Shown in pieces: positions 1-11,200 of a stretch of DNA of 64,000 nt (the stretch's first letter is position 1; every line of letters starts with the position of its first letter). The translations under genes were made by a program, and so were the position numbers. Source of the stretch: a virus; IMG/VR virus record IMGVR_UViG_3300021085_000009, positions 64,001 through 128,000 of that record, one strand, 5' to 3'. A model generated the notes under the pieces. It had not been told where the DNA came from. It did not search any database and saw only the letters and a list, made by a program, of their open reading frames with translations.

Positions 1-1826
1 CTATCTTTTACAGTTAGTCCATCTGTTGAAGAGTCACTTGTAGTACCTTTAATTACTAAATTTCTAATATTACTTGCACCGGCTGGATTCACAAAATACG
101 CTGTATCACTTCTATCTTTATATGAAGCAAATCGAGCATTCATTTCTGATATTACATCATAACTTGCATTATTATACCAACCAAGAAATAGGTGTTGATT
201 CTGTGTAGAATCTATGTATAATTGGCCAGTACTAGATGCTGTAATTCTTGCAGGAGATGAAGTGTTATGACCAGGAATAGCTTTTCCAAAATCTATATCT
301 CCGATACCACTTACGGTGCTATTAACTGTTAAGGTTCCATCTACTGTAATTAAACTATCAGATATTTTTAGGGTTGGTGTTGTTTCATTGTATGGAACAT
401 GAAAATTTAAACTTGGAGAATCTGGATTGTATTTAATATCAGCGTAGGATTGTGTACCGCTAGAATTTTTAGCGTTCATTCTAAGTACTGGTTTGTGACT
501 ATTTGTATTTGTATGTAGTCTTAAGGTTGCGTCTTCATCATCAACATCAAGGATATTTAAAACAGTTCCTATATGACTATTTGTGTTTATGCCTACTCTG
601 TTTTCTGTTGCATTGACATGCAGTGTTCCACTTCCTATAGAAGAAGCTCCTGTAGAAGTTATTGCAGCACTAGAGATAGTTCCACCTACTTCTAGACCAG
701 CTGTTGTAAATTTGTGTATTGTATAATTAGTGTTATCGCTTTTATAAACTCTTAAATTAAGAACTTTATTTGTGCTTCCCGCAGCCGATCCAACGTGCCA
801 ATATACATTAGTTCCATCGTGTGTGTTTGAATAGGCATGCGCTGGCAGCATAGTGCTACTGCCTCGCATATCTAAATTATTAAGTATTGAACCAGTGGCT
901 GGATTGACGTAGTATGCAGTATTATTTGAATCGTAATATATTGGAGCTGATACTTGTCTAACTACATTAACATCTCTACCAAAGTTCGCATCATTATCTG
1001 CAGTAAGAGCCATGGCTCTATTCGCATATGATGTTCCTCGACCATTTGTACCAAATATAAAGTATCCACTTGTTTGGTCTGCCCAGATATAATTTGCACT
1101 AGGTCTCTTAAATATAAGATTACCGGCACTTGAATTACCAACATTTAAATTACCTTGTACTGATACATGCCCAGTAAATGTTGGCGATTCTTCAAACGTA
1201 GATGATATAACACCTGTAGAAGAATTGTAACTTATTGCATTACCTGTTGCACTTATCGCTGCTCTTGCTCTTGCAGTTGTATGATAAAGGTTACTACCTT
1301 CTGTAATATTAGAAGTGTTCTGTGCTGGCATCGTGAATGACATAACACCAGTTGTTGAGTTATATGATAGTGAACCTGTTGCACTTATAGCGCTTCTAGC
1401 TCTTGCAGTTGTATGATAAAGATTTCCGTTTTCGGCTATGTCACCTGTATCAAGTACGACTGAACCAGTTGCGCTATTAACGCTTATAACTGGAGAAGCA
1501 CTAGCACTAAACGATATAACACCTGTGGATGAATTATATGATAAATCTCCAGAAGCACTTATAGCTGCTCTGACTCTTGCTTCAGTATAATATTTGTAAT
1601 TAGTGTGTTCACTAATATCACCAGTATTAAGAGTTACAGAACCACCAAGCGATGTACTATGTCCAGCAATAGAAATACTACTGTTTTCTAATTTACTATT
1701 AGGAAGAGTTGGAATATCACTAGGCGCTAGTTTACCTCCAGAGATATCTAGTGCACTTTTGCTTTCTTTTACTTTACCGTCACTAGCTAGTAGTTCTGCT
1801 AATAGTCTACCTTTGGATTTAGCCAC
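1..1826 (-). CDS. Tail fibre/virion structural protein, runs off the left edge (not in ORF track)
   Basis: GTG at 1826 after AGGAG; my translation MAKSKGRLLAELLASDGKVKES...; three YH/YTxARxRxAISAxG..SYNSxTGVxS repeats; frame also open at the left edge. Confidence 0.8.
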   Translation of the reverse strand, partial: MAKSKGRLLAELLASDGKVKESKSALDISGGKLAPSDIPTLPNSKLENSSISIAGHSTSLGGSVTLNTGDISEHTNYKYYTEARVRAAISASGDLSYNSSTGVISFSASASPVISVNSATGSVVLDTGDIAENGNLYHTTARARSAISATGSLSYNSTTGVMSFTMPAQNTSNITEGSNLYHTTARARAAISATGNAISYNSSTGVISSTFEESPTFTGHVSVQGNLNVGNSSAGNLIFKRPSANYIWADQTSGYFIFGTNGRGTSYANRAMALTADNDANFGRDVNVVRQVSAPIYYDSNNTAYYVNPATGSILNNLDMRGSSTMLPAHAYSNTHDGTNVYWHVGSAAGSTNKVLNLRVYKSDNTNYTIHKFTTAGLEVGGTISSAAITSTGASSIGSGTLHVNATENRVGINTNSHIGTVLNILDVDDEDATLRLHTNTNSHKPVLRMNAKNSSGTQSYADIKYNPDSPSLNFHVPYNETTPTLKISDSLITVDGTLTVNSTVSGIGDIDFGKAIPGHNTSSPARITASSTGQLYIDSTQNQHLFLGWYNNASYDVISEMNARFASYKDRSDTAYFVNPAGASNIRNLVIKGTTSDSSTDGLTVKD

Positions 1827-1834
1827 ATAAACTC

Positions 1835-4800
1835 CTATTTAATTTGCTCTTTGAGATCTTTGATGTCTTGTACCAATCTATTTATAACACTTTGTTGTTC
1901 TTTCATGCCTTCTATAAGTAATCCCACCATGTTACCATAAGCTACATTTTTAGGATTAATATCGCCATTCCCGTCTTCAGGAGTTTCTGATACAAGACAC
2001 TTAGTTTCGGCTATAGCTTCTACTTCCTGTGCTATAACTCCCATGCTGTCATCGCCAGACTCTTTCCATTTAAATGTAACACCTCTCAATTTACTAATAG
2101 TATCAAGTGGATTTTCAATTGTTTTTATTTCAGTCTTTAATCTTTCATCAGAATAAGCAGTTACGTTACCAGCAAATGTAACGTTACCTGACCTATCCAT
2201 CGTCATTAATGAAGTTCCCCAACCACCATTTCTATGGCCGTGATCTTTCTTAATTCTAAAGTTACTGTCTGTGTAACCAAAACCTACTGTATATGTTTCA
2301 GTATTATTAACATGAGAAAATATAATTGAAGGTTTATCAGTACCAGCTGTTCCATTGATTCTATACTCTGCAATACAACCCCATGCAAAGTTTCCTGACG
2401 AATTCTGGAAAAGAGAGCCAATATTATTTCCCCCTCCGTTTGTTTGCGTAACCTTTAATGCTGGAGTTGATGTAACACTTTGAAGATTTGTTGAACTAGC
2501 AGGGTCTACATAAAAGCCACTACTGTTCTGATCGTAAAAACCTGAAGCTGAGCAGGTACCAACAAGGGCCAAATTACCTGTAGTAGCGTTTAGTGACATT
2601 TTCGATGTTGCAGTCGCACCACCACCACCGCCAGTACCAGTTTCCCAGTTCCACCCATAAGTAGCTACGCCTTCCATTCTTGAACGTAATGCCCAAGATG
2701 TTACACCAGCCAATCCAGTAGGAGGTGTTAAGTTTCCATTTGGTCCACAGCTACCTTGTCCCGGCGCTCCCATGTAATCTTGCCAGTTATAATATGATTC
2801 GTTATACCAGCTGATTCCAGTTGTCGCTGTCGATACTCTCATCAACGATAAGCCATGAGCTTTAACAGAAGCAGTGCCATCTCTTTTTACAATACTATTA
2901 TTTACTGCACTTTCTTCTGCGTTATAGCCATCAAGCAAATCAGCATCTAATCCTGAACCTGAACCATCATTATTATCACTCCATAACTTATTCCAACTAA
3001 AGAAAGTTCCAGACTGATGCCATCCTCGTGCATATAATGAAGTGCTGTTGTACCCTCCATATATTTGAAGCCCCGTATCTATACCCTTAGCAACAATTAA
3101 CTGAGCGTAATCAGGTGCACCAGAAGGTTTATTTGAATTGGTTCCGGATCCAGTATTGTAAAAACCACTGGTTAAATATGAATTAAGATTTGTTGCGTTA
3201 GTTCGTGAACCATCCATGTGTTCAACAAACTCAGAGGCGTGTTTTCCATCAAGTAAATCTGCATCTAGACCAGAACCTGAGCCATCATTACCTGCATGCC
3301 AGGCCACATTAGCTCCACCGATATAAGTTGTTCCGCCTCTATAATAGTTTAGGTATAAATTACCATCTGCTGCCGAGTCAATGTGTAAGTTAGAAGAAGA
3401 GCTAATTCTGTGAATGCCATTTGAGTTTGTTCCGGTTGACCACCCACCTACATATAGAGACGCTCCTCCATTTCCTCTAGTAGATATTATGGCTGGAGAG
3501 TCACTTGCTGGGAAAGTGTAAGTAGTTCCTGCAGTTACTGTATCATCAGCGTCGCTTCTTAGGAATGAAGCAGCATGTAATCCATCAACAGTATCAGAGT
3601 TACCACCATTTGCTGGAAGAGAAGTAGGATTAGTATAGTATGAACCTTGTTGACCATCAAGTAAATCTGCATCTAGTGTTGAACCTGAGCCATCGTTTGA
3701 ACTATTCCAGAATTTATGGTTATACGCGCTTGTAGCAATTCCGTATACAGCAGGTGTTCCAGCACTGTTATACGATACTGGCATATTAAGATATACTTCG
3801 TTAGCAACTCCACTGTCAGCTTGTGCTGATGTTCTTTCCGAAACAGTAACATCATAAGCGGCGTTTGAATGATCATACGAATACCATTTGTGTGGTGAAG
3901 CAGATACATAGTTTGAGGCTGATGTACTGTCATTTACTTCAATACTAATATCAGCATTTGACCATATATGATATGTTGCTGTACCACCTCTAAGCCATAC
4001 AACGTGTTTCATCGTATGTGCTGTAAACGCAATACCACCAAAGATTCTACGATAGACTTCACCAAATTCTTGAACTCGTATTCCAGTAGGATAACCACCC
4101 CACCCAGATGATCCCATAATTTTATAGTTAAAAGTAAGTCCACCCATGTGAGTAGAACTACCCCATGAAGATGGAGCAGTTTCACCATAACCTCTAAAAA
4201 TTTGGAAATCAGTTACTCTATCACCACCTCCACCACTTATAACTACAGGGTAGTAAGTAGCGGCATCACCATTAACAGTAAAGTCTATTCTTTCACCAAC
4301 ACCTAGCTGGTTGTGAAAATGCATATTATCAACAGTATCAGAGTTACCACCATTTGCTGGAAGAGAAGTAGGATTAGTATAATAAGAACCATGTTGGCCA
4401 TCTAATAAATCAGCATCTAATCCTGAACCTGATCCATCATTACCAGCGCCCCATAAGTTTCCTTGGCCTGCTGTAACCATCAACCCGTTTGTTCCAATAC
4501 TCATTCTAGGTACAGTAGTACTTGAAGACCAACCCCCAAGAACCATCGTATTAGAAGTATCTAAGCCCCAGTTAATAGCATACGCCCCACTTCTATGGAA
4601 AGCCATATATGCAGCCGTAGTACCAGTAGTATATGCTTGTAAAGAAGCACTTCCACCTCCACCAAGAGGTGACGTAGCAGTTCCCGCAGGTTTGAAGTAT
4701 TTCGTACCTGTAATAGTTACTGCATTTGTAGATGAGACTGTTTCTGCTGTTAGAGTACCTGTGTTAGTTGTATATCCAGAAGGATTACTTGCAGGGTAAT

Positions 4801-7800
4801 AGTAAGAACCTTGCTGTCCATCGAGAAGATCAGCATCTAAGCCACTACCTGAACCATCGTTGCCAGAATCCCAAATTTTTCTCCAGCCTGAATATTCATC
4901 GTTATTCCAGCCAGTTTGGTAGTGTAGTTGACCCGTATGAGGTGCGTATAATTTAAAAGTAGAATTATCTAATTGCCATGACAAAACTCCACCATACGAA
5001 TAAGCTGATGTTGGGTAATTGCTGTGTCCACTTGCAGTATTTTGTACTTCATATACACCCATGTGCCCGTCAGTCTGACTGAAAATAGTATCCCAGTTTC
5101 CAGAAACTAGACCTTTATAATGCATTAGGTAATCTTTGTGCTTACCATCAACAGTATCAGCATCTAGACCTGAACCTGATCCATCGTTTCCAGCATGCCA
5201 GACAAGATTTGATGTACCTTGATAAATTCCTGTGCTAGTCATTTTTGCCCAGTTACCTGTTCCACCATCACCAAAATTAATTGGTCCATTTGATGCTGGA
5301 GATAATTCTATTCTCGCCTGAGAACTTCTTAATGTAAGCCCCCAATAAAAAGCTATCTGAGCTTTGTTGTGTGTGCTATGATATCCCGCTACATTTGTAC
5401 GACCTATACCATACCAAGGAGAGTCATTGTATGCATCAGCAAAATTTGTTGTCCCTCCTGCAATAAGCAATTTAGTATTATGAAGATATCCTAGAGTTAA
5501 ATAATTTGCGGAACTTGATGCACCACTATCTGAGGCATCACTTCTTAGGAATGAAGCAGCATGTAATCCATCAACAGTATCAGAGTTACCTCCATTAGCT
5601 GGAAGTGAGGTAGGATTAGTATAATAAGAACCATGCTGTCCGTCTAATAGATCAGCGTCTAATCCTGAGCCAGCCCCGTCTGATGAAGAGGTCCATATAG
5701 TCTGCCATGCTCCTCTACCTCCTCCTGTTGCTGGTCTTAAATAAAACTTACTCGTCGTAGAGTCGTTAGCCGCTAAATCAAACCCAGCTGTATTTCCTTC
5801 AACATTGTAAGAGGTGTGCAGTACAAAGTTTACTGATGTAGCATTTGGTATAGTTGAACTGGAAGATGCTACTCTATAAAAGCCGCTTTTTAGATGTCCA
5901 CTTGGATTTAAAGCCGCACCACTTATTGAATTTGTTGCTGTGCCGTTATCTCCGTAAACAATTCTCGAAGCCTGTTTGCCATCAACAGTATCTGCGTCTA
6001 ATCCTGAACCTGAACCATCGTTACCTGTATGCCATAGCTTGTACCAAGAAGTCCAACTATTTGTCGCACTCCAAGCCTCCGATCTTACATAAAATGCTGC
6101 AGTATTATTACTACCTCCAGAACCCGCGGCAAGTTGGGACCTTGCGCTTGAATCATAGTAAGCAAAATCTAAACCAGTTGCGTAGTTTCCAGTATCTGGA
6201 CGATTTGATACTCCTCCGACATTAGCAGTATGGAAAGCAGTAACCCCTCTAGGACCTCCAATACTATTTAAGTCTGAAGTTTCTCCATATTGAAGTGTAA
6301 TTCTTCCGGAAGCTATGTCTGCAGTATCACTTCTTAAGAATGAAGATGACTGTATTCCATCAACTGTGTCAGCATCTAATCCTGAGCCTCCGCCGTCATT
6401 AGATGTTGTCCATACTTTACTATTATTTACTCTTAATTCTGTAGCATTTGCAAAGTTCATTATTGAATCTGTAGAATCATCTATAGCATATAAAGTAACT
6501 CCAGCTGAGCCAGCAAAATTAATACCTTCGCCTGGATCATTCATGGAAAGTTGATTTACACCAGTAATATTATAGTTAGACCCTGTAATACCACCGGTTG
6601 CCAAATCACCTACATTAATACCAGCACTAAATGTAATTGTTCCTGTTGCAGTATCAGCGGCGTCGCTTCTTAAATATTTTGTTTGCGTAGGTAATCTAGC
6701 TTCTGGAACTGTTCCACTTGAAAGATTTGAAGCATTTAAAGTATTTAGACCAGAACCATTTCCTTGCCATTGACCTGTAGTGTACACATTCTTGTTAAAT
6801 TCAAATCTGTTATCGCCTTCGTCCCAAAGCATTTGGGCACCTGAACCATCAACAATTAAACCTGATCCTCCAGAGTTTGCTTCTGTTTGCCCTGCACCTA
6901 CTGTAATTGTTTTATCTGTAACATCTAAATCTGTGACATTATAAGAATTAATGTCACCTGTAATACTAAGATTACCTTGTACTGTTAAATCTTGGAAAGT
7001 TGGAGAATCAGAAGTCCTAACATTTTGGTTCATGGCATAGAGCTCATTAGCTCCGTGACCAGTATTTACAGTAGTTGCTGTAATTGCACCACTATTAATA
7101 GTTCCATTTATAGTCCAGTTACCTGAAGTGGATAAAAGCGAAGCATTTGTTCCACTTCCAAATGGTCTAAATTGTAAAGCAGAAGAACTATCACTAGGGT
7201 TGGCTGCAATATCCCACATGACATTACCACCATTTTTTAACCTTGTATATGCCCAACCCCCATTCCCTTGTATTTCAGCTCTTGTAACCATTCCAACTAC
7301 ACCTGAAGATGTAATAGCACCACTAGAGATAGTTCCTATGTTTAATAAATTCCTAGAATTATCAATAACAGTAGATGCTCCAACCTTATAAGAAGAAGAT
7401 GTAACTACGCCAAAAGTAGATGTTCCTGTACTTGTAATAGCACCACTAGAGATAGTTCCTATGTTGGTTAGATTACGAGACGAGTCTATTACATTGGTAT
7501 TATTAACTCTATAACCTGCAGTATTTAAGAAAGATAAATTGCCTGACATTTCAGGTGAACCTGAAGAAGTCCATTCACCTAAGGTAAAATTACCATCGCT
7601 AGTCATCGTTAAACTTCTTGATACTACACTTGCCCAATGGAAGTTTAAGTTTGGAGAATACTGATTATTGGTTGAGTTATTGGTATTTAATCCTCTTTCT
7701 CTTATAGAGATAGGTGACACCTGCCAATCATCATGACCAGTAGTATGGTGCGAATGAAATTGACTTACATTTGCTCCTGAATTTACAATAAGTCTAGCAC

Positions 7801-8236
7801 TAGAGATAGTTCCTACATTTGTGGCTGGGTTATTTTTAAAATCTACTGCACTTCCAGTTAACGCAAACTCTACGCCGCCACTAGCTCCGTGCGTGTAAAA
7901 ATTTAAGACATTACTATTAGCTGCAATTAAAGGTTTATTAGAACCATATCCACCTGCCCATTGGATATCTGCACCATCATTTAGTTGTATTTTACCTGTT
8001 ACTGCAGTATTAGAACCAAGTGTGATTAGTGAACCAGTATCTGTAATGTTTGAATCGTCTAATATTGTGCCATTGAATTTGACTACTTTATTAGTAACAA
8101 TATTTGTGACACCGATAGATGTTGCCGATATTGCACCAGATATTGTGGTTGCTTGAAGTTGTCCGCTCGAATTGACTATAAGAACACCGCCCACTTCGAG
8201 GCCGTTCTTTATTCTGAAATTATGATGTGTTGCCAT
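1835..8236 (-). CDS. Giant modular tail fibre with knob-like modules and C-terminal S74-type intramolecular chaperone
   Basis: Nine W..xNDGSGSGLDAD(L/T)(L/V)DG linkers; C-terminal YSDERLKTEIKTIENPLDTISKLRGVTFKW motif. Confidence 0.88.
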   Translation of the reverse strand: MATHHNFRIKNGLEVGGVLIVNSSGQLQATTISGAISATSIGVTNIVTNKVVKFNGTILDDSNITDTGSLITLGSNTAVTGKIQLNDGADIQWAGGYGSNKPLIAANSNVLNFYTHGASGGVEFALTGSAVDFKNNPATNVGTISSARLIVNSGANVSQFHSHHTTGHDDWQVSPISIRERGLNTNNSTNNQYSPNLNFHWASVVSRSLTMTSDGNFTLGEWTSSGSPEMSGNLSFLNTAGYRVNNTNVIDSSRNLTNIGTISSGAITSTGTSTFGVVTSSSYKVGASTVIDNSRNLLNIGTISSGAITSSGVVGMVTRAEIQGNGGWAYTRLKNGGNVMWDIAANPSDSSSALQFRPFGSGTNASLLSTSGNWTINGTINSGAITATTVNTGHGANELYAMNQNVRTSDSPTFQDLTVQGNLSITGDINSYNVTDLDVTDKTITVGAGQTEANSGGSGLIVDGSGAQMLWDEGDNRFEFNKNVYTTGQWQGNGSGLNTLNASNLSSGTVPEARLPTQTKYLRSDAADTATGTITFSAGINVGDLATGGITGSNYNITGVNQLSMNDPGEGINFAGSAGVTLYAIDDSTDSIMNFANATELRVNNSKVWTTSNDGGGSGLDADTVDGIQSSSFLRSDTADIASGRITLQYGETSDLNSIGGPRGVTAFHTANVGGVSNRPDTGNYATGLDFAYYDSSARSQLAAGSGGSNNTAAFYVRSEAWSATNSWTSWYKLWHTGNDGSGSGLDADTVDGKQASRIVYGDNGTATNSISGAALNPSGHLKSGFYRVASSSSTIPNATSVNFVLHTSYNVEGNTAGFDLAANDSTTSKFYLRPATGGGRGAWQTIWTSSSDGAGSGLDADLLDGQHGSYYTNPTSLPANGGNSDTVDGLHAASFLRSDASDSGASSSANYLTLGYLHNTKLLIAGGTTNFADAYNDSPWYGIGRTNVAGYHSTHNKAQIAFYWGLTLRSSQARIELSPASNGPINFGDGGTGNWAKMTSTGIYQGTSNLVWHAGNDGSGSGLDADTVDGKHKDYLMHYKGLVSGNWDTIFSQTDGHMGVYEVQNTASGHSNYPTSAYSYGGVLSWQLDNSTFKLYAPHTGQLHYQTGWNNDEYSGWRKIWDSGNDGSGSGLDADLLDGQQGSYYYPASNPSGYTTNTGTLTAETVSSTNAVTITGTKYFKPAGTATSPLGGGGSASLQAYTTGTTAAYMAFHRSGAYAINWGLDTSNTMVLGGWSSSTTVPRMSIGTNGLMVTAGQGNLWGAGNDGSGSGLDADLLDGQHGSYYTNPTSLPANGGNSDTVDNMHFHNQLGVGERIDFTVNGDAATYYPVVISGGGGDRVTDFQIFRGYGETAPSSWGSSTHMGGLTFNYKIMGSSGWGGYPTGIRVQEFGEVYRRIFGGIAFTAHTMKHVVWLRGGTATYHIWSNADISIEVNDSTSASNYVSASPHKWYSYDHSNAAYDVTVSERTSAQADSGVANEVYLNMPVSYNSAGTPAVYGIATSAYNHKFWNSSNDGSGSTLDADLLDGQQGSYYTNPTSLPANGGNSDTVDGLHAASFLRSDADDTVTAGTTYTFPASDSPAIISTRGNGGASLYVGGWSTGTNSNGIHRISSSSNLHIDSAADGNLYLNYYRGGTTYIGGANVAWHAGNDGSGSGLDADLLDGKHASEFVEHMDGSRTNATNLNSYLTSGFYNTGSGTNSNKPSGAPDYAQLIVAKGIDTGLQIYGGYNSTSLYARGWHQSGTFFSWNKLWSDNNDGSGSGLDADLLDGYNAEESAVNNSIVKRDGTASVKAHGLSLMRVSTATTGISWYNESYYNWQDYMGAPGQGSCGPNGNLTPPTGLAGVTSWALRSRMEGVATYGWNWETGTGGGGGATATSKMSLNATTGNLALVGTCSASGFYDQNSSGFYVDPASSTNLQSVTSTPALKVTQTNGGGNNIGSLFQNSSGNFAWGCIAEYRINGTAGTDKPSIIFSHVNNTETYTVGFGYTDSNFRIKKDHGHRNGGWGTSLMTMDRSGNVTFAGNVTAYSDERLKTEIKTIENPLDTISKLRGVTFKWKESGDDSMGVIAQEVEAIAETKCLVSETPEDGNGDINPKNVAYGNMVGLLIEGMKEQQSVINRLVQDIKDLKEQIK

Positions 8237-8283
8237 AAGGTTTCACTCTCCACCGTTTAGCGTTAATAAATTTATTATACTTC

Positions 8284-8291
8284 TATTTATA
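8284..8291 (-). promoter_or_regulatory. T4-type late promoter TATAAATA
   Basis: Exact consensus upstream of the 2133-aa fibre gene. Confidence 0.75.
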
Positions 8292-8297
8292 CATTTA

Positions 8298-11200
8298 CTA
8301 AACTAAGATGGAATGTCTAACAACCTTAAATTGCATTGAATCTGCAGATGCTGGAGTTGCAAGAAGTCTTATATTACCCGAAACTATATCAGCATCGAAT
8401 GTGGCCTCTGCAGCACTACCTGTAAATATTGTACCGTATTCTGTCATTGATGGAGTTGTACCATCATGTATTAAAAGTATTTCTGTAATCTGATATGTGC
8501 TATCAGTTGTGTTAGTAATTTGTACTGTAAATCTAGCTGATCTAAAATCGGCTGCAGGGAATGTATCTACCTGAGCCGCACTAGTCGCTGAAGTGTTAAC
8601 AGCGTATGTATCGATACCAGCATGATCCACTTGAAATTCTGATTTAACATTAGTGGAATTAAATCCATCACCTACTGCAACTCGGCCGGTTGATGTGTCC
8701 ATGTACATAAGACCAGTGTTTGTTCCACCAGTATTTCCACGGAACTCAAAGTCACCAGCTGCTGTACCCGTTGTTGCTTTCCAAGTTCCACCATAGTTTC
8801 TAAATTCACCAACTGATGCTGTATATACGTTAGAAGCAGATGTAATACCAGCGGTATTAAGATACATTCTTTGAGCACCGCCAGCAGAAAATCTTAACGT
8901 ATCTGCCTGGCTATCAATATACATTCCAGTATTTTGATCACTATCAAAAGTATAAGTTGGAGCAGCAGGAGTACCATTACTTGCTTTTATAGTATCCGAA
9001 TATACACTTAACCACTTCTTACCAGAAGAACCTAAATTATAATAACTATCTGTAGAAGATTGAAAAGACCTTTGAATTTCAATATGGTCTAGTGTATTAT
9101 TATATGCTATCTGAGCCCAAGCATTTCCTGCCGAGTTATAAAGTTTTAATGCGCTACCGTTATCAATTCTAATATCACCAGCAACATGTAGTTTATGAGT
9201 AGGAGCAGTCGTTCCGATTCCAACCTTACCGCCCCAAAGAGATATAGTCTCTAATGAGCCGGCGCTCATAAGCGCCATACGAGGACTGCCAGTGCCGTCT
9301 ACTCTAAGTTTTATACCTGCATAGTCCCAACCTGCGTTATTTGAAGCACCAAGTTTTAATCCCCAATTATCTTGGTTAGCTGCATAAGTGATAGGAGTAG
9401 AATATATTCCTCCAGCATGAATATGGAGTTTTTCAGTTGGCGAAGTTGTGCCAATTCCAACCTTGCCATCGCCTTTTATCATCATGTCTGTGCGATTGTC
9501 TGTTACGTTATGAAATCCTAAACCAACTGCACTTTGTAGTCCTATTCTAAATGTATCATGGTTGGTTCTTTCTAATCTTATTTGGTCTGCACTTGTGCCA
9601 GATATATGAAGCGCTGCTGATGGATTATTTGTACCAATTCCAAGATTTCCAGCTTCTGTAAGACGCATTAGTTCTGTACCAGAACTACTATTTCCGTTTA
9701 TATTCCATTCAAAAGATCGGTTTGTATCATCGTTATCACTATCAATATTAAATGTCATATTCTCAAAAGCATTGATATGACCACTGCTTGAATCAGCAGT
9801 ACCTAGGTATATTTCTCCGCCTAAAACACTAACAGTTCCAGAAGCAATAGTATTACCACTTGAATTTACATTTAATTTAGTAACACCACCAACTCTGAAT
9901 TCATGACCAGATACTGTTCCACCTAAAGAGCTTCTACCATAAGCTACAGCGGAACCGTTCCAATACATTAACTGAGTATCTCCGCCCGTTGCACCACCAC
10001 CAACAATAGCAGCACCAGAATTAATTTTAACCCCGGATCCTGCTGCACCACTTACATGAATACTTTTATTAATGTCCCATTCATCAGTTGTGCTTGCATA
10101 TGTGATTCTGGCATCTGTGTCAGATCCACAATCAACTGTAATCCCTGCACTATTTGCTGCTGCTTTGTTTGCAGATCCACTTGCAAGAGTAATATTCTTA
10201 TCGTCTACCGTTAATGTAGTAGAATTAATCGTTGTGGTAGTACCATCTATTTGTAGATTACCTGCTATAACGACAGTTCCTGTATCATCCCCATGAGCTG
10301 CAGGGTCAATCGTAAATGTGGAAGGACCTCTTAGGTATCCAGTTGTTGTGATATTGGCCGCACTAATATTTCTACTTGCATCGACAAAAGCAGATCCGCC
10401 TACTTCTATTGCTCCTCCTGCCGCTACTCTAAAGTAGTGGCCAGAACTATTCTCTGCTCTAATAGCATATCCTGAATCTTGTCTAATATCGAGTTTTGCA
10501 CCAGCAGTAGTATTTCCAATTGCTACGTTACCGTCTCCAGTAACTCGCATACGCTCAGAAGGTTCAGCAGAAGGGCCTGAAGTAGCAATAATTAAATCAT
10601 GGTCATTTGCTGTACTTTGAATCTCTGCCGCAAGGTAAGCACCTCGTACGGTATTTTGAATACCCCCTAAGAAAATACTACTTGCTTCTCCAGTGGAGCC
10701 AGAGTCATTTCCTCGTACAACTAGACCGTAAGCTTTATTTGCTGTTGCTTGAACTGAATACTCTATGTACTGGCGACCAAAAGTGTGTAGAGCAGGATTC
10801 GTTGATCTGTTTATTCGTACTAGCTCAGTGTCTGTACTTCCAATAAGCCCTCTAAACTCTAGTCTATCATTCTGCCCATTGTAATTAATTTTAAAGTTAC
10901 TTGTACCAGAGACTTCGGAAAATATAATTGTGCCATTCGGATTTGTGTTTGCTCCAGAATTATCAAGCAGAGTAATTGTTGGATCTGTTTTTGAAATAAG
11001 TAAATCACCGGATGTGGTAATAGCACCACTAGAGATAGTTCCAACTGAAATATTATCACCCGATTGGTAATATGTGGAATCTAAAATACCAGTAAAATTA
11101 CCTGCAGTAACAATTTTACTTCCTCCGGTTAGGTTTGCGGAAGTGGCCCAGTATGGTTCGTCATCTGTACCTTTACCAAAATACCTTGAGTTACCTGCAC

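Noticed and set aside
3555-5590. Repeats in the fibre gene as DGR template/variable repeats or a CRISPR array
   Set aside because: In-frame coding repeats without adenine-specific variation; no reverse transcriptase; irregular spacing.
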